NCBI GenBank assembly: GCA_013265495.1
Contig: MU058636.1
Span: 186,001 to 250,000 of the forward strand
DNA: 64,000 nucleotides
Source of the DNA: Vicugna vicugna
Lineage: Eukaryota
Direction of reading: 5' to 3'
Part shown: positions 37,301-50,630 of the stretch, in pieces
How positions within the stretch are numbered: the first letter of the stretch is position 1
Layout: each line of letters opens with the position of its first letter
Translations under genes and position numbers: made by a program
Notes under the pieces: model-generated
The model's input: the letters and a program-made list of their open reading frames with translations, nothing else
Databases searched by the model: none
Told to the model about the DNA's origin: nothing

Positions 37301-38487
37301 AAATAATAAACAAATGTCACATTTCCCACATTTTGGTGGAGCACTCAGGTGCCCCCTTTTCCTTTCCTGCATCTGGGTTAGCCGTCAGCAGCACTGAGGA
37401 TCCCAGGATTACTGGATTAAGTATATTAATAAGCACATTACGGAGACTGATCATGTCGGGGAACTAGGGTGCACGTGGCGTCAGCACTTCTGTGTTCTGA
37501 CGTTTGGACTTGCAGCCCAGATCCTATCTGCAAAGCTGGTTGCTCCCCCCCAGTGTAGATGATACCTTCGTATCAGGGAGAAGTTCATTCAGATTCAGAG
37601 AGAGAAACGGGGTGATTTATTCAGGTTTGGGCCTGCAGGATCAGGCCTCTTAGCAACTGTTTTAGCCTCATAGTGGTTATCCCTATTTAAGGCTCTTTTC
37701 CATTTTCTTTTTATTTTCTTTATTCTCATGCACTGAGGAAACAGAACTGTGGTTTTAAAACTGTAGAATTTGCACCTTGGAACTCCCAAAGAGGTAGTTA
37801 CTATATATCTAGCAAACAAATTATATGATTTCTGCCCTCTGGAATCTTCAGGGGACACACTCAGCGGCCAAGTGTAGCCTGACCAAATGGCTAGGATTGT
37901 ACAATCCATCGTGCTGTTTCTGTCTTGTCCCCTCCCCCACCTGTCCCCGCCCCAGAGGTGTCCACTTTTGCTGGTGACACTCTGGGTCCCCTCTGAACTC
38001 CTGTACATGCCGACCCTTCCTGATGGCTTGGAAATACGTGGTTTGGCTTTCCTGCTGACGTTAGGGCGGGGCCGCATATTCCGGAGGGGAGACACCAGTG
38101 TGGACAGGTGACTGAGAAGGGGCCACGTGTGAAGACACCTGGGGCGGATGGAAACCCGGGAGCAGTGATGCCCGGGAAGGAAGCGCTCTGCTATAGTCAG
38201 TGCTCCGGGGCGAGCCAGCAGGGGCCTGGCTGGGGTGGCGTTGGAGGACGAGGGGAGGATGGCTCAGGGAGCGAGCTGTAGAGATGGAGACCGGGCAGGT
38301 GGGAGGGGAGGGAGATGCTCCTTCTGATGGTGGGCAAGTAGAAGAGTCGTGTTTCCATCTCACCTGTCGGATGTGTGTCCTTCAGAGAGCTCAAGATTCC
38401 TGCACAGACAAGACGTTATAAGGCGGACTTTATAAGACATTGCCAAGGTTGAAGGAGACTGTCTAGGTCCGGGCTGTCCAACAGGGG

Positions 38488-38815
38488 TCTTCTAGGCCGT
38501 GCTTCCAACACGAGGCGCCAGCCTCACGTGGCGGCTGAGCGCGGTGAATGTGAATGAGGCTCACACCGTGCTGTAGGGGAAAGGACACTGACTGGGCTTT
38601 GAAGATTTATTACAAAAGAAGCATGTAAAACGTCTCACTAATGATATTTTATGCCTGTTATATACTGAAATAATACTTTGGCTATGTCAGGCTTAATAAA
38701 CTGTTATTAAAATTATTTTCTGTATTTCTTTTTACCTTTTTTTTTAGCTTGGTTATCAGAAAATTTCAGATTGCATATGTCTAAGTTTACATTATACTTG
38801 TGTTGGACAACACGG
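38488..38815 (+). mobile_element. MER33-like hAT-Charlie DNA transposon
   Basis: gctttgaagatttattacaaaagaagcatgtaaaacgtctcactaat...tgaaataatactttgg...gttggacaacacg terminus. Confidence 0.75.
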
Positions 38816-40035
38816 TTATAGATCATCTTGTCCAAACAGTTTTGATTGACTGTCCATGGAATTGCACTTTCAGAAGTGAAACCATAGGGCGGTCCAGTGC
38901 CCACGCTTCCCGTTGAGGAGACCAAGGCTGGGATGCCCAGGACTGCCGGGGCTCCGGAGATGGCGGCGGAGACCAGGGCCCGTGTCTTGAGGCTCCAGCT
39001 GTGTTGTCAGGGGAGTTTTGTCTTCCTCTTAACACTGAGTGAAAATCCCTGGGCACAGCCCAAGAGATCCACGTAGAATCATTTTGAAAACGAACTGGGT
39101 CCTCATAGTGCAAAGTCCTTTCTGTTGCTTTGAACTTAATCTCTAGTAAAACCCAGTCGCTTGAATCTGTGACGGCTGTCGGACGATACTAGTCGGTGTT
39201 TGCAGGGACGTTCTTCAGACGCCTCACACGTGCCGTTCACGTTAGAGGAACTTCTGACCAGGCGGGGCGCTGTCCGGGGGTGGCAGCTGACAGGAGCCTG
39301 GGTCACAGCCTCCTTCCCCGCCAGCGGGCATCCTTCCCTCCCGTTAGTGATTGGAGCTGAGTTGGGTTTTTTTAAGCAAAACATTTAAAAAATATTTCCC
39401 TCGTAGTGCATGTTTTCTCCATAACGTATTACTTTCTTAAACGAGTGCCCCTGAAAAATCAAGGAAGTAAGTGCAAAAGAAAAAATCCAAACAGGCGGTG
39501 TTCAAAGGCTGTCAGGCTGTTAGTGGCCCTGAGTCCTGTTGAGAAAACAAAGTAAGTTTTATTACCAGGGCATGACGCTAGACTTTTTAGGTTGTTCATG
39601 ACTGGGTTTCTAGGAATTTCTTGTAAACGACACTGATGAAACGATGGGCCATGATAATGAATACGGTGCTGGTGACCAGGATGATGCCGTGTTGTTGGCG
39701 GTGGTCTGATAATTGTGTTGGTGGTGTGTGGATGTCTTGCCGTAGAGACAGCATTCAACTCTCAGTCAGAAAGTACATACAAGGGAGAGCTGTGTGGTCT
39801 ACAGCCCACGATACATTTCAGTAGAGACCGCGGCTCTATGAGTGTGGCTGCAGCGTATGCCTGAGACGCCCAGGGCAGGAGAGGTATTCTGTGCTTCTGT
39901 CCCTCATCCAGGCTCCTTTATGCAGGATGATACGTTCACAGGATACACCAGGGCAATGCCAGCAATATTATGCTGAGGCCAAGGAGGTGACATCTGGGAT
40001 GTGATGACGTCTGTGTTAACTCTGAATTCAGTGCT

Positions 40036-40551
40036 TGTTACCGAGTCCAGACTCGTTCCACTTGCCACACAACAGGCCGATAAACAGGAGACGGGGTGTT
40101 GGGGCAAGAAATAATGACTTTACTGGGAAAGCCAGCAGATCGGGAAGATAGCAGACTAACATCCGGGAGAACCATCTTCCCCAAGTCAGAATTCAGGCTC
40201 CTTTTCTAGTAAAAAGGGGAGAGGGTGTGGTTGGTTGTTGCAAGCTTCTTGGTGTCAGATTCCATTGTTCTTGCAGCTGTCCCCGTGGGTCAGGTCATGG
40301 TGTCCCTGCAAATCTCCAGCAAGACAAATGTTATTTTCTATTCTGCAACTTTTTATCCCAGTGTGAATGGAAAAGTGTTATACCCTTGAAGGTCAGAGCC
40401 TTGAGAATGGGTTCTCCTGTATATTTCAGGCTGGAGGCAACTTTTTTTACAAAAGGTGCAGAAGGAGCATGATAGCCCAGGAAACAGAGCCCAGGGTTAG
40501 AGCCAGAGGAACAGATCTGATGTGGAGGCAGATTTGTTCTTTTCTATTACA
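40036..40551 (-). mobile_element. ERV1 solo LTR (LTR39/MER34-like)
   Basis: TG...CA termini (tgttaccgagtccagactcg...ttctattaca) and diagnostic gtgttggggcaagaaataatgactttactgggaaagccagcaga. Confidence 0.8.
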
Positions 40552-40599
40552 CGGTGTCATGTTACGTGGTGGGTGACAAGTGTGTAATGGCACGTATCC

Positions 40600-41550
40600 A
40601 GCCTTAGTCGCGCTGTGTTGGGTTTTCACTGCCCACCGTCCTCCCTAACTCCTTGCCTCCCCCCGCCCCCACCCCCTGCCAGCCACCGACGAGTTTTACT
40701 GTCTCCCTGGTTTTGCCTTTTCCAGAGCATTATTTGGTTGGAATTCTATAGAAAGCAGCCTTTCAGATTGGCTTCTTTTGCTTGCGAATATGCACTTAAG
40801 GTTCTTCTCATAGTGAGAACTCATTTATTTCCCTTTTGTTTTTTAAGTCCCTGAACAATGCTCTGTTGTCTAGAAGTACCACGGTTTGTTTATCCATTAA
40901 CCTTCTGAGGTTGCTTCCAAGTTGCAGCAATTGTAAGTAAAGCTGCTATAAACATTTGTGTGCAGGTTTCTGGGTAGACATGAGTTTTTTTAAACGACTT
41001 TGGGTAAACATCTAAGGCACACAGTTGGTGGGTCCCATGGTAGGAGTCTGTTTGACTTGTTAAGAAACTGCCAAACTGTATTTTGAAGCGGCGGTACCAT
41101 TCTGCACCCCCGCCAGCGGTGAAGGAGAGCTCCGGTTGCTCCACAGCCTCACCAGCGTTCGGTGTTGCCGGTTTCTGGTTTTCAGCCGTTCTGATTCGGT
41201 GTCTAGCGGCACCTCGTTGCCGCTTTAGTTTGCAGCTGCCGGAGACGTGTGACGTGGGGCATCCTTCCAGACGCTTCCTTGTCATCTGTGAATCCTCTTT
41301 GGTGAAGCATCCATGCAGATCGTCTGCCCATTTGCGAGCCAAGTTGTCCGTTGTCTCATTGTTGAGTTTGAAGAGTTCTTTTTGTGTTTTAGATCCAAGT
41401 CCTTCATCGGGTTTGCGGTTCGCAGGTATTTTCTCCCCGTCTGTGGCTTGTCTTCTCATCCTCTAACCGTGTATTTTGTAGAGCACGAGATTTAGTTAGA
41501 AAAGAATCCAACCGACAATATTTTCTTTCACAGATCATGCTTTTGTTGTT
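40600..41550 (-). mobile_element. L1MC-like LINE (ORF2 C-terminus + 3' UTR), central part GC-shifted
   Basis: ORF 40890-41459(-) aligns by eye to L1 ORF2 ('RQATDGEKIPAN...KELFKLNN...KWADDLHGCFTKEDSQM' and 'TCTQMFIAALLTIAATWKQP'). Confidence 0.92.
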
Positions 41551-42818
41551 TCAGATTTTCTTTGCCAATATTTTTCCTTAGCTTTTTGAGACTTATACAT
41601 GCAAACTTACTCTTCTAGAGGGTGCTTTTAAATGATCAGCGCATAGATTTGCTTATTTTCCCCCAACAATGGTTAGAATTAATCAATATGCAGACCCTTT
41701 TCCTCTCCGTGCTGAGCCCCCAGACAAAAGGAAGACAAGCCTTGGACAGTGCTCCCCTCCCCCGCTGCCTCCTTGCTGACACCACCTGCGTTGGTTCCAG
41801 ACAGCAGTGAACAGCTGCTTACCAATAACTTCTTTGCCCACCAAAGCTTCCTCGTGCTCCCTTCCTCTCGTTGGCAGAGCTCCCCTAGGGCCCCCCAGTG
41901 ACCATCTGTAAGCGGTGAACTGGTGCTTAGCGTCCCTGAAAGTGCTTCTGCGTCATCCTCACCAGTAAGGAGGAGCTGTGCTGGACGCTGAACTCTGGAC
42001 TCTAAATTCCTTCCCTTCAGCACTTTAAAGATACTGCTTCATTATCTTTCTCTGCTCGGATTTGCTGATAAGACTCTGTGTCTATCTGATTGTGGCTCCT
42101 TTGCGGCTAAGCTATTTTTCTTTTTGATTAGTTCTTAACATTTTGTTCTTGACGTTCTCCAATTTCAGTAAATAATGGCATAATTTTTTTTTTCCCATTA
42201 GTTAAGTGCTCAGCACTGGAAAGTTCTTTGAGTCTGAGAACTGTATCTTTCTTTTGGGGGAAATTCCCATGTCTTACCACCCTTGCCAGGCAGCACCTGC
42301 CCCCTGCTGCCCGGCTTCCCTGCAGCCTCAGTCAGGTCGCTGCTGACTCCACCGTCCCTCCCCCGGGCTTCTTAATCCCCCTCTCCCCCTCCATCTTCTC
42401 ATGCCCGACTTGGGGAAAATTGCTTGGAATGCCTTCCAGTTCAATCATTTACTCTCCAAATTTCCGTTTCTTGTCAGTTTTTAGTATCTATTGACTTTTC
42501 ATTTCAACAGTTACATATTTTATTTCCAGAGTCTCTAACTGATTCCTTTCCCTCGCAGTCCGGTGTTGCTTCATATACTGAAACCTCGCTGCCCAGAGGA
42601 TGGGCCTTACACGAGCTTCAGGGTCTTTGCTGGTCACTCTGCTACTTGAGTGTGAGTTTTGCTTGCTTTCTCCTTTTCATGGTGTTCATGCATCTTGAGT
42701 TCTCGGTGATTCCAGAATTCCTTTTGGGGGGGGGCAGTTGAGAGTCCCTGGAGGGGACGAAGCAGGCTGCAGGGACCGTCCACATGGTCTTCAGTGAGCG
42801 CAGGACAAGCCACCTGGA

Positions 42819-42835
42819 GCTGCCCCCTGGCGGCA
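42819..42835 (-). promoter_or_regulatory. Candidate CTCF site
   Basis: Reverse complement TGCCGCCAGGGGGCAGC fits the CTCF core CCRSYAGRKGGCRS. Confidence 0.55.
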
Positions 42836-43944
42836 CTGCTGAGCCCCAGCCCCCTCGCTGCTGAGCAGGGCCCTTCGGGGGGAGCCTGTTGATCTTTCAG
42901 GTTCCGGGGGGCCAGGGTCCAGTGCTGGAACTCCTCCCCGGCGGCACGGACTGCGTCAGCCACACGGGCTGTCTTTCTGGCTCTTTCCTTCCTTTGCCTC
43001 AGTGCCGGCTGCGGAGGGAAGTCACCCAGACGCTCTGTCTGTCCTCAGTGGATCGGGCTGTGCTTTGGGTCGAGCTCAGCCCTGACTTCAGCGGGGGTGT
43101 AGCCCGATGATCCCCGTCAGTCCTGCTTTTGGGTTTTGGCCCAGACACGTCCCAGCAGGGCATCCTGGGGGAAGTTACCTAATCCTCAGCGCCACTCTCC
43201 TCACATAGGAATGAGGTGACAACCCTGCCCAGCTCACTGGCTCCCTAAGAGAGGCCTAAGCAAGTAACACGTCTGGAGCACTTACGCTACCCGAAACCTA
43301 GTGTCTCTTACAAATTATTATAAAATTAATAATGAATACAATGGCATTAATATGATAGTGTAATTACTTCAAGGACAATATACTAAGACGACAGGGCCCT
43401 GACCCTCCTTCATTTTGTTTTGTTCACAACTAGATTTTTCCCTACTCACTAAAAGCTCTTAGGCTCTTACTATACACATTAGAATGGAGAAATGAATAAG
43501 GTATGTGACTGGAGGAATAAACAGATGACCTTCTAGTATGGAAAAATATATTCTAGGAAAAAACCCCGGCTATAATTGCCCTATAGTAGCAGGTATAACA
43601 TGTTGCCCATCACACAGCGTTTAGCCGCTGTCATGACTTATGAAAAGCACCCTTACTGACTCAGCATTCGTCTTTCCCATCACTTTCCTCTTCATTCCCT
43701 GAAGTACTTCCCAGTAATTGGAGCAGCTGTACACACGTTCTCCTCCGTTAGAGACACCCGGTGGACAGTGGTTCTTAACCCATGTCTGATTCTGTCACCT
43801 GAAAATGTATCCAGAGCCACAAGTGCTTGGTCTTGTTTATTAGTCTTGTATACATATGTATGTATGTAGAGATACCAATGTGTATGTGTGTGTGTGTGTG
43901 TGTTCTCCACAATGTAACCACCTAGTGTAGGTAGTGTGTGGGTT

Positions 43945-44150
43945 TTGTTTGAAGTACAGTTGGTTTACAATGTTGTGTTAGTTTCAGGTGTGCAGCACAC
44001 TGATTCAGGTTTCCAAATATGTATGTACTATTTTTCAGAGTCTTTTCCATTATAGGTTATTACAAGCTACTGAATAGAGTTCCCTGTGCCCTACAGTAGG
44101 ACCTTGTTGTTTATCTATTTTACATATAGTTGTGTGTGTGTCTTAATCCC
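43945..44150 (-). mobile_element. Artiodactyl-type L1 3' end
   Basis: gaagtacagttggtttacaatgttgtgttagtttcaggtgtgcagcac...tataggttattacaag...ccctgtgccctacagtaggaccttgttg. Confidence 0.88.
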
Positions 44151-44974
44151 AAAGGAGAGGTTACAGCCGACACCACAGAAATACCAAGGAGCATGGGAGA
44201 CAACTGCGAGCAGCTACATGGCAACGAGACGGACCACCCAGAAGGAGTGGACGAGGTTTAGGAAGGTGCAGTCTCCCAAGCCTGAACCCAGGAGAGAAAG
44301 GGAACGCGAGCAGGCCAGTCACCAGCGCCTGGTGGTTAGCGTCTCTGTGCGATATGAACTCTGTGTGGATACAGGTGTCTTTGGAAAGTCAAATGATGGT
44401 GGTAGTGGGTTTAATTTCTAAAGAGCGTCACAAAATGCTGCTCACATCAGCAAATGCACAGACTTTGTCCCTTCCTGTGAAACAACACCAGTTTCCTACG
44501 TGATTGTGGTGCTCTGTCAGTTTAGGGGAGAACAGTGGCACGAGGCTGCAGGAGGAGGTGTGTTTCATGCAGAAAGGCATCTGCACCCTGCTTCATCGTA
44601 CCCAACTTTGGGTTGAAGAAGCACCCAAACGTCTTCGCTTCACCGGTTTTCACATAAATCAGCAAATGTTTGTTGGCCATTTCTCATGTGTAATGTGTCA
44701 GGCAGTGGCCTGGCTACTTAGCTGGATAAAGGATGCACAATTGTACACAGTCCGTCTCCAAGGAATTTACCATCTGGGTGGGAAGATAAGACCAGGACGT
44801 GTGAAGAGGAAATAATAAAAAATTAATGACAATCACAGGAGAGGTGCCCACAAGGCGTAATGAGCTGCTGAATGAGCCACTCGGTTCACAGAGAAACACC
44901 TGAAGCACAGAATGGGCACAGTTAGCTTTCAGGAGAACGGCTTGAGATGGGTTTTTATTTTTTGGCCATTTAAA

Positions 44975-45380
44975 AAGTCAGGGTTATTAGAGATAATTTA
45001 CATACAGTGAAATTCTCCCTTTCTAAGTGTCTAGTAGGACTTGAGGATCTTGACAGACGCATAGAGCTGCGTCCAGTCTAGATGGAGAACACTGTCCTCG
45101 CCGAAGTTCTCCCGTGTCCCGCTGCAGCCACTCCCTCTGCCCCAACAGCTGCTGATCAGGCTTCAGTCCCTGTGTTTTGCGTCTCCCAGGATGTCAGACA
45201 GACGGAGTCATACGTGGCCACCTTTCGTGTATGGCCCCTGTCCCGTCCTGCCCTCGTGGTTCACCGCTGTGTGTGGCTTCATTCCTCTGTGTGCCCGGCA
45301 AGCATTTTCCTGCATGGATGCACCACAATCTGCTTCTCCGTTTACCTGTTTGTTCTCACTTGGGTTTCAAAGGCTGCATA
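44975..45380 (-). mobile_element. L1M 3' UTR fragment, GC-shifted
   Basis: ttattagagataatttacatacagtgaaattctcc...ggagtcatacgtggccacctttcgtgtatgg...gcatggatgcaccacaatctg. Confidence 0.65.
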
Positions 45381-48300
45381 GATCTGGATGGAGGTGGTGG
45401 GGTGGGGAGGGGATGGTGCAGTTTGGAGTTTCTGAGGTCTGTCCTGCCTCTGGACAGAACCAGGGATCAGAGAGGGAGACTTCTGCACACAAGGATTAGC
45501 CCGCAGTTTTATTCTTGATTAATCCAGCTCCAGCCTGTCCTCCACCTTCATACTCCAGCCAGCACTGCTGCCTCCCTTCCCGGGACCCCTGGATTCCATT
45601 CATTCTTTGCCCATGGACTCATTTGTCCATTATCTACTGACTTATTCTGTTCATTCATCATTTAGCAACATTTGTTGAAGGCCTCCCAGTGCCAGGACCG
45701 AGCTGTGATCAGGTTAAGCAAACGAAACACCATAACCCTTGCCCCCGGAAGTCCTTAGTGTCGTGGAGGACAGAGCAGGAAGTCGGCAGTCAACAAAAAC
45801 TTACCACATAAGGATTTAACTTTCCACGTGGGTTCTTGAAGTGGGAAGCTCACCTTCCCTTTATTTCGGTGCCTTGAACATCTTAAGCATCCAACAAGTA
45901 TGGAAGGAAATTGATGCTGAAGCCCTTTGGGTCAGTTTTGGTCTTTGGGAAAGAAAAGCAGCCCGCCTGTCGGGCATTCAGGCCTTTGCCCTTGCAGGGC
46001 GCCAGGCAGAAGGCGTCTCGGCCGGCGTGCGGACCCTGGAGCGGGCTGTCCTGGTGGGTGTGGAGCTCGGGGAAGGTCACAGTGGGCAGCAGTTAAGTTT
46101 TCCTCAACGCCTATTTGTGGCTGAGGATGTGGTTTGAAAAACACCGACAAGGAACCATCTGTCGTGGACAATATACCAATACATGGATTCAGAACTAAAG
46201 CTGTACATTCCAGGACGTCCCTGGCCCCACTTTGTCAGTGCTGAACTTGCACGACGTGCAGTGTCATCAGGCTCAGGCCCCCACCTGGTGGACAGAAACG
46301 CCGGCCAGCTGGCGACCTGGTCCGTGGTGGAGTCAGGGGTGCGTTGCTGGGGACTGGTGGTGGCCCCACTGGCAAGTATGCGGTACCGCAGTCAGAAGGA
46401 AATTCGGTTGCTTTTACACACATTGTGTCCTTTCGTTGAATATCTGCATGTGTCCAGTTTCTCAAAATAATCAGCTCAGAATAATCCTTATGCTAAAGAG
46501 GCATCTCTGGGGTGACATGCTCTGCTGCCCTCCCCTAACATAAGGCAGTGGGTTCACTGGGGAGAGTCTAGACTTCTGGGTCGGGCTGCCTGAGGTCGTG
46601 GGATCTTGGGAAAACTAGGAAGCTGTTCAGAGCCAGTCCACCCACCTACAAACCATGGAGACTATCTCGTGACCACTGAGAGGGACCAGACAGTGTGGAC
46701 ATAGCCTGGCTTTGATAGTGTTTCATAAGCGCTGTTCGGATGGTTTCGGTTGTTGCTGGATAACTAAGTGAATGGTGCTGGCTCCCAGGTCCGCATCAAA
46801 GTAAGCACGGGACCCCCGGCTCAGCCTCACGCTCCCCGGCCTTCCCGCCGGGAGTGGCTGAGCCGGGGGGCCCCACTTCGAGACTCCAGGGGAAGGAGGG
46901 CCCTCTGAGCCTCAAGTTCCCCACGCCTGCCTAGAGGTGCTTCCTCAGTTACGCGGTTCTTGTTCGTGAACAGCCCATCTTGGTTAGTAGCACTGAGCTG
47001 GAAGACGCTGGTGCTGGGGACAACATGGGGAAAACCCCACCCTAAGCAGAACTCAGCTTGGGTTGTGTGGGCTGTAAGTTCTGCCTCCACCTTTGCCAGG
47101 AGCTCACTGGGTGACCCTGAGTAAGATTTCAACTCCTCCGCATCCAGATGCTCGCTCTGGGCCAGCTTTCTCCATCGCTAGGTCGGGGTTCCCTCTGTAC
47201 GTGTGGCAGCCATGTTTCCCCAGATCCCACAGGAACAGCTGGCCTGGGAATATATTTTTCCAGCATATCTTTACTTCAGACGGACTGTTGCCCCCTGATT
47301 TGAGCCATTTGGTAGCTAGTTGCAGCCACGACACTTTGAAGGTTAGGGGTTAAGAGGAGTGGAGAACTTGAATTTGGGAGCATCCAAGAAAATCCCACGT
47401 GCATGATTCTATAATCTGCACAAAGGTTATCCGTCCACTTTATTTATCACAGGTCATAAATCCTAAAAGCACAAGGGGATGGAGGGGACCTCCCATGGGA
47501 TGTTTGCTGATCACACGCTGTTCGCAGGTGCTGTGTTCAGGGCTGAGGGAGGGCTGGTGAGGAGGAGCTGAACCTCGGGCACTGGAGGATGCAGACAAGA
47601 CCACGGCAGGGGAAGAAAGGGGAGCCCACGAGGACGGCACCCGGGCGTGGTGGCCAGGGAAGGCTTCCTGGAGGGAGCGTGTCTGAGACTGAACGAAGAC
47701 TGAGTTGGGTGAAGGAGGGTGTCGCTGGGAGAGAGGGCTCAGGGCACAGGAAACAGTCTGAGCAGAACCCTGGAGGGATAGCCTGCGGGGGCGCTGGACG
47801 TGTCCATCTGGGGGACGCTTGGGAGGAAGGGTGGGTTGGAGGGGAAGCCCAGCCCGAAATTAAACAATTCGAACTTCACCTGCAAGGTGGCAGGGGATCC
47901 TCTGAAGGATTTTCAAGTCCCACAGTGGGATCTGCACTAGAGAATTTTGGGGAATGACTTGGAGAAGTGAGGGATCCTGTCCAGGAAAGTGTTAATGGGC
48001 AAGGAACAGGGTCCAAATCCGGGGCATGGCAGAGAGGGCAGAGGGCGCTCCTGGGAGAGACTGATAAGATGCGGAGAAGAGGGGGAGGGGGCCAGGGGCT
48101 GCTGAGATGTGTGGTCGGGGCCCCTGTGGGGTCAGGAGCACCAGAGGAGAGCTCGGTTTTGGAGGGGTAATCACTTCTGTTTCTTGGCCAAGTTGGTTTG
48201 CAGCACCTGCTAGACGGTGAGCAGGCGTCGTGGGTGTTGGAACTGAGGCTGTGGCCCTGACAGGTGGGAGCTCCGAGAGTCGGCGATGGGTGCTGGTGGC

Positions 48301-50494
48301 AGCTGGTGCGCTAGTGAAGGATGAGAAGGTGGCGAAAAGTGTCCAGTACAGAACTCTCCCAAACATCGACGTCTGAGCAGCAGGCAGGGGAAGGCAAAGC
48401 CATAAAAGCCACTGAGAAGTTGGAGGAAATGAATGTGGTCTGCTGCAGCGCAGGATGGGGTTCAGATCACCACAAGTGTCCCTGGGGTCAAGCCGGAGGA
48501 AGGCTCTGGAGGGCCCTAGGGTGTAGCAGCAGGAGGCTGTCGAGGGCAGCAGGGGAGACGCCCGGGGCAGGTGTGGAGGATGCCTTCAGAAAGCTCAGCT
48601 TCCAGGGGACGTGTGGGAGGAAGTCGTGGGAAAGCGGGAGGGAGAACAGAGCCGGGCATCCTGAAGAGGAGGGGCACCCGCGGGCTGGGCCCTCATATGG
48701 GGAATTGGTCTGAGATGCCTGTCAGGAAGCCCACTCCCCAACCCCGTCCGCGTCAGCCCCATTTGTCCTCCCTAGCCATCCCGCCGGCCTTCGGAGGCTC
48801 CGCACACTGGCCTCAGTGCTGCCACTCAGGCCCCTCAAGATCGCAGCAGGACTGGGCACCCTGTGGCCAGAGGTCCTGCCCGGGCTGGTCCCCCGGGAGC
48901 CCAGCCCACCAGCAATAGCCTATTCAGAACACGAGCCCTGAACAAACGGACAGCATCCATCCATCGGGTGTTACAGACCCAGTCCGGGCATCAGGTGAAC
49001 TACGTCGTCGTAAGGAGTGAGAAGAAGGCAGTCTTGGGACCACTTAGAGGACCCCTTCATCCTGGGTCTGGGATGGTATGGGATTAGCAAGCAGGGATTA
49101 TTTAATCCGAGGAGGCTCACACAGGGCCATTAGGCTGCTTCACGGCAGGGAAGTGATGGAAGTGCCCGGAAGGAAGTGGAGTAAATTGAAGGGGGCGTTT
49201 GTGCGTCTGTCCCAGGAGATGTGCTGTGGCCTCGGTGATGTCAGGTGTGGCAGACGGAGCTGGTGTAACAGCTTTAATTTTATGCATGTGGAGCTGGTGT
49301 CTCTCGTTCCCAAAGATAACGCCCCCCGCCCCCGACATGAGGGGCTCCCTTCTTCTCCAGTGTTAGCAAGTTCCGGCAGGGCCCCAGGGACTTGGCCCTG
49401 CCCCTCGGTTCCGGTGGGGCAGGCTGAGAGCTGTGAGGACCCTGCCGGGAGGCGCTGTTTCCCAAGGCAGAATCGCACACGCTGATGTGTTAATCTTGTT
49501 GAAGGATGTTTTCTCCAGTCTTCTGTCGGTGGATATTTACTTGGTCACCAGGCTTGCAGTGGAGCAGAGTGAAAATTCCCCACGTATTGTACCAGCGGCT
49601 TATTAACAGGTTCTATTTGTGGGTTGTCTGTACCAAGCCATTACGGTAAACTCCCCTCTCCCCAAATAATCTTGCCCTTCTTTTAAAGAGCTGTTTAATT
49701 AGGGCATCCTCAGAGCTCTGTGCTTTGGGACAGCTGTCGTCATGGTTCCCTGATCAGATACTTCAAGGAAACTGATTTTTATCTCTAATAGTTTAAATTT
49801 CTGATTACACATGCAGAACAATACTATGCAACTACTCTTGGAGTGTCGCACAAGGAACAGCTTAAATAAAAAAGAATGGACTTTCTGAAATCATGCAAAG
49901 AATGGAAAGAACACTTGAACAGAGCATCTGTTGTGATGCTTGATTTTAGGACCTTCGATTACAGATCGCAAATTCCCGTGTCATCTTACGGAATTGTTAT
50001 TTGAAAGTCTTTCTTTCTGATTTTTCTGTTCCCTGCCTCCTGTACTGGTGGATGCGCTTCCGTTTTGATATTCCCGTAAAGCTCTGTTTGTCTGCAGACG
50101 GCAGTTTCTGTAAATAACTCTGCTGGCTAGACCAGCAGACTGGCCCCGTCGCTTCGCTGCCACGGTGCACTCTGTCTGCTCGAGCATTGACTCGGTCTGC
50201 AAGCTTAGTAATAATGTCCATCGTGACTATTTACAGAAAAGGGATCTGCCTGGCTCTCATTTCCTTTGGGGGACGAAGGAGACCGTTACGGGCATTTGTA
50301 CATCAGTCTGAGCGTGATTGTTACGGAGCATGAAAAATACAGACCAAAAAGCCTCGGACAGCCAGGGCTCAAGACCTGACATTAAAAATGCCAGATCCCC
50401 CAGCAAACAGCTAAGCTAAAATAAGAAGGAGATGGTAAAACGGATAACCTGGAAGAGTAAATGGAAAAAGTGATTCAAGAGAATGGTATATATT

Positions 50495-50630
50495 TTTTAA
50501 TTGTTTATTTTTGAGGGAGGAGGTAATTAGGTTCATTCATACGTTTATGTTTAGAGAAGGTACTGGGGATTGAACCCAGGACCTCATGCATGCTAAGCAC
50601 ATGCTTTACCTCTTGAACTATACCCTCCCT
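50495..50630 (-). mobile_element. Vic-1-type camelid tRNA-derived SINE
   Basis: Reverse complement gggagggtatagttcaagaggtaaagcatgtgcttagcatgcatgaggtcctgggttcaatccccagtacc...aacctaattacctcc: A/B boxes and a Vic-1-type tail. Confidence 0.9.

Noticed and set aside
39266..39290. REST/RE1-like site (GGCGCTGTCC half-site)
   Set aside because: One half-site is perfect but the other is poor and mis-spaced. A similar partial match near 29995-30011 is also weak.
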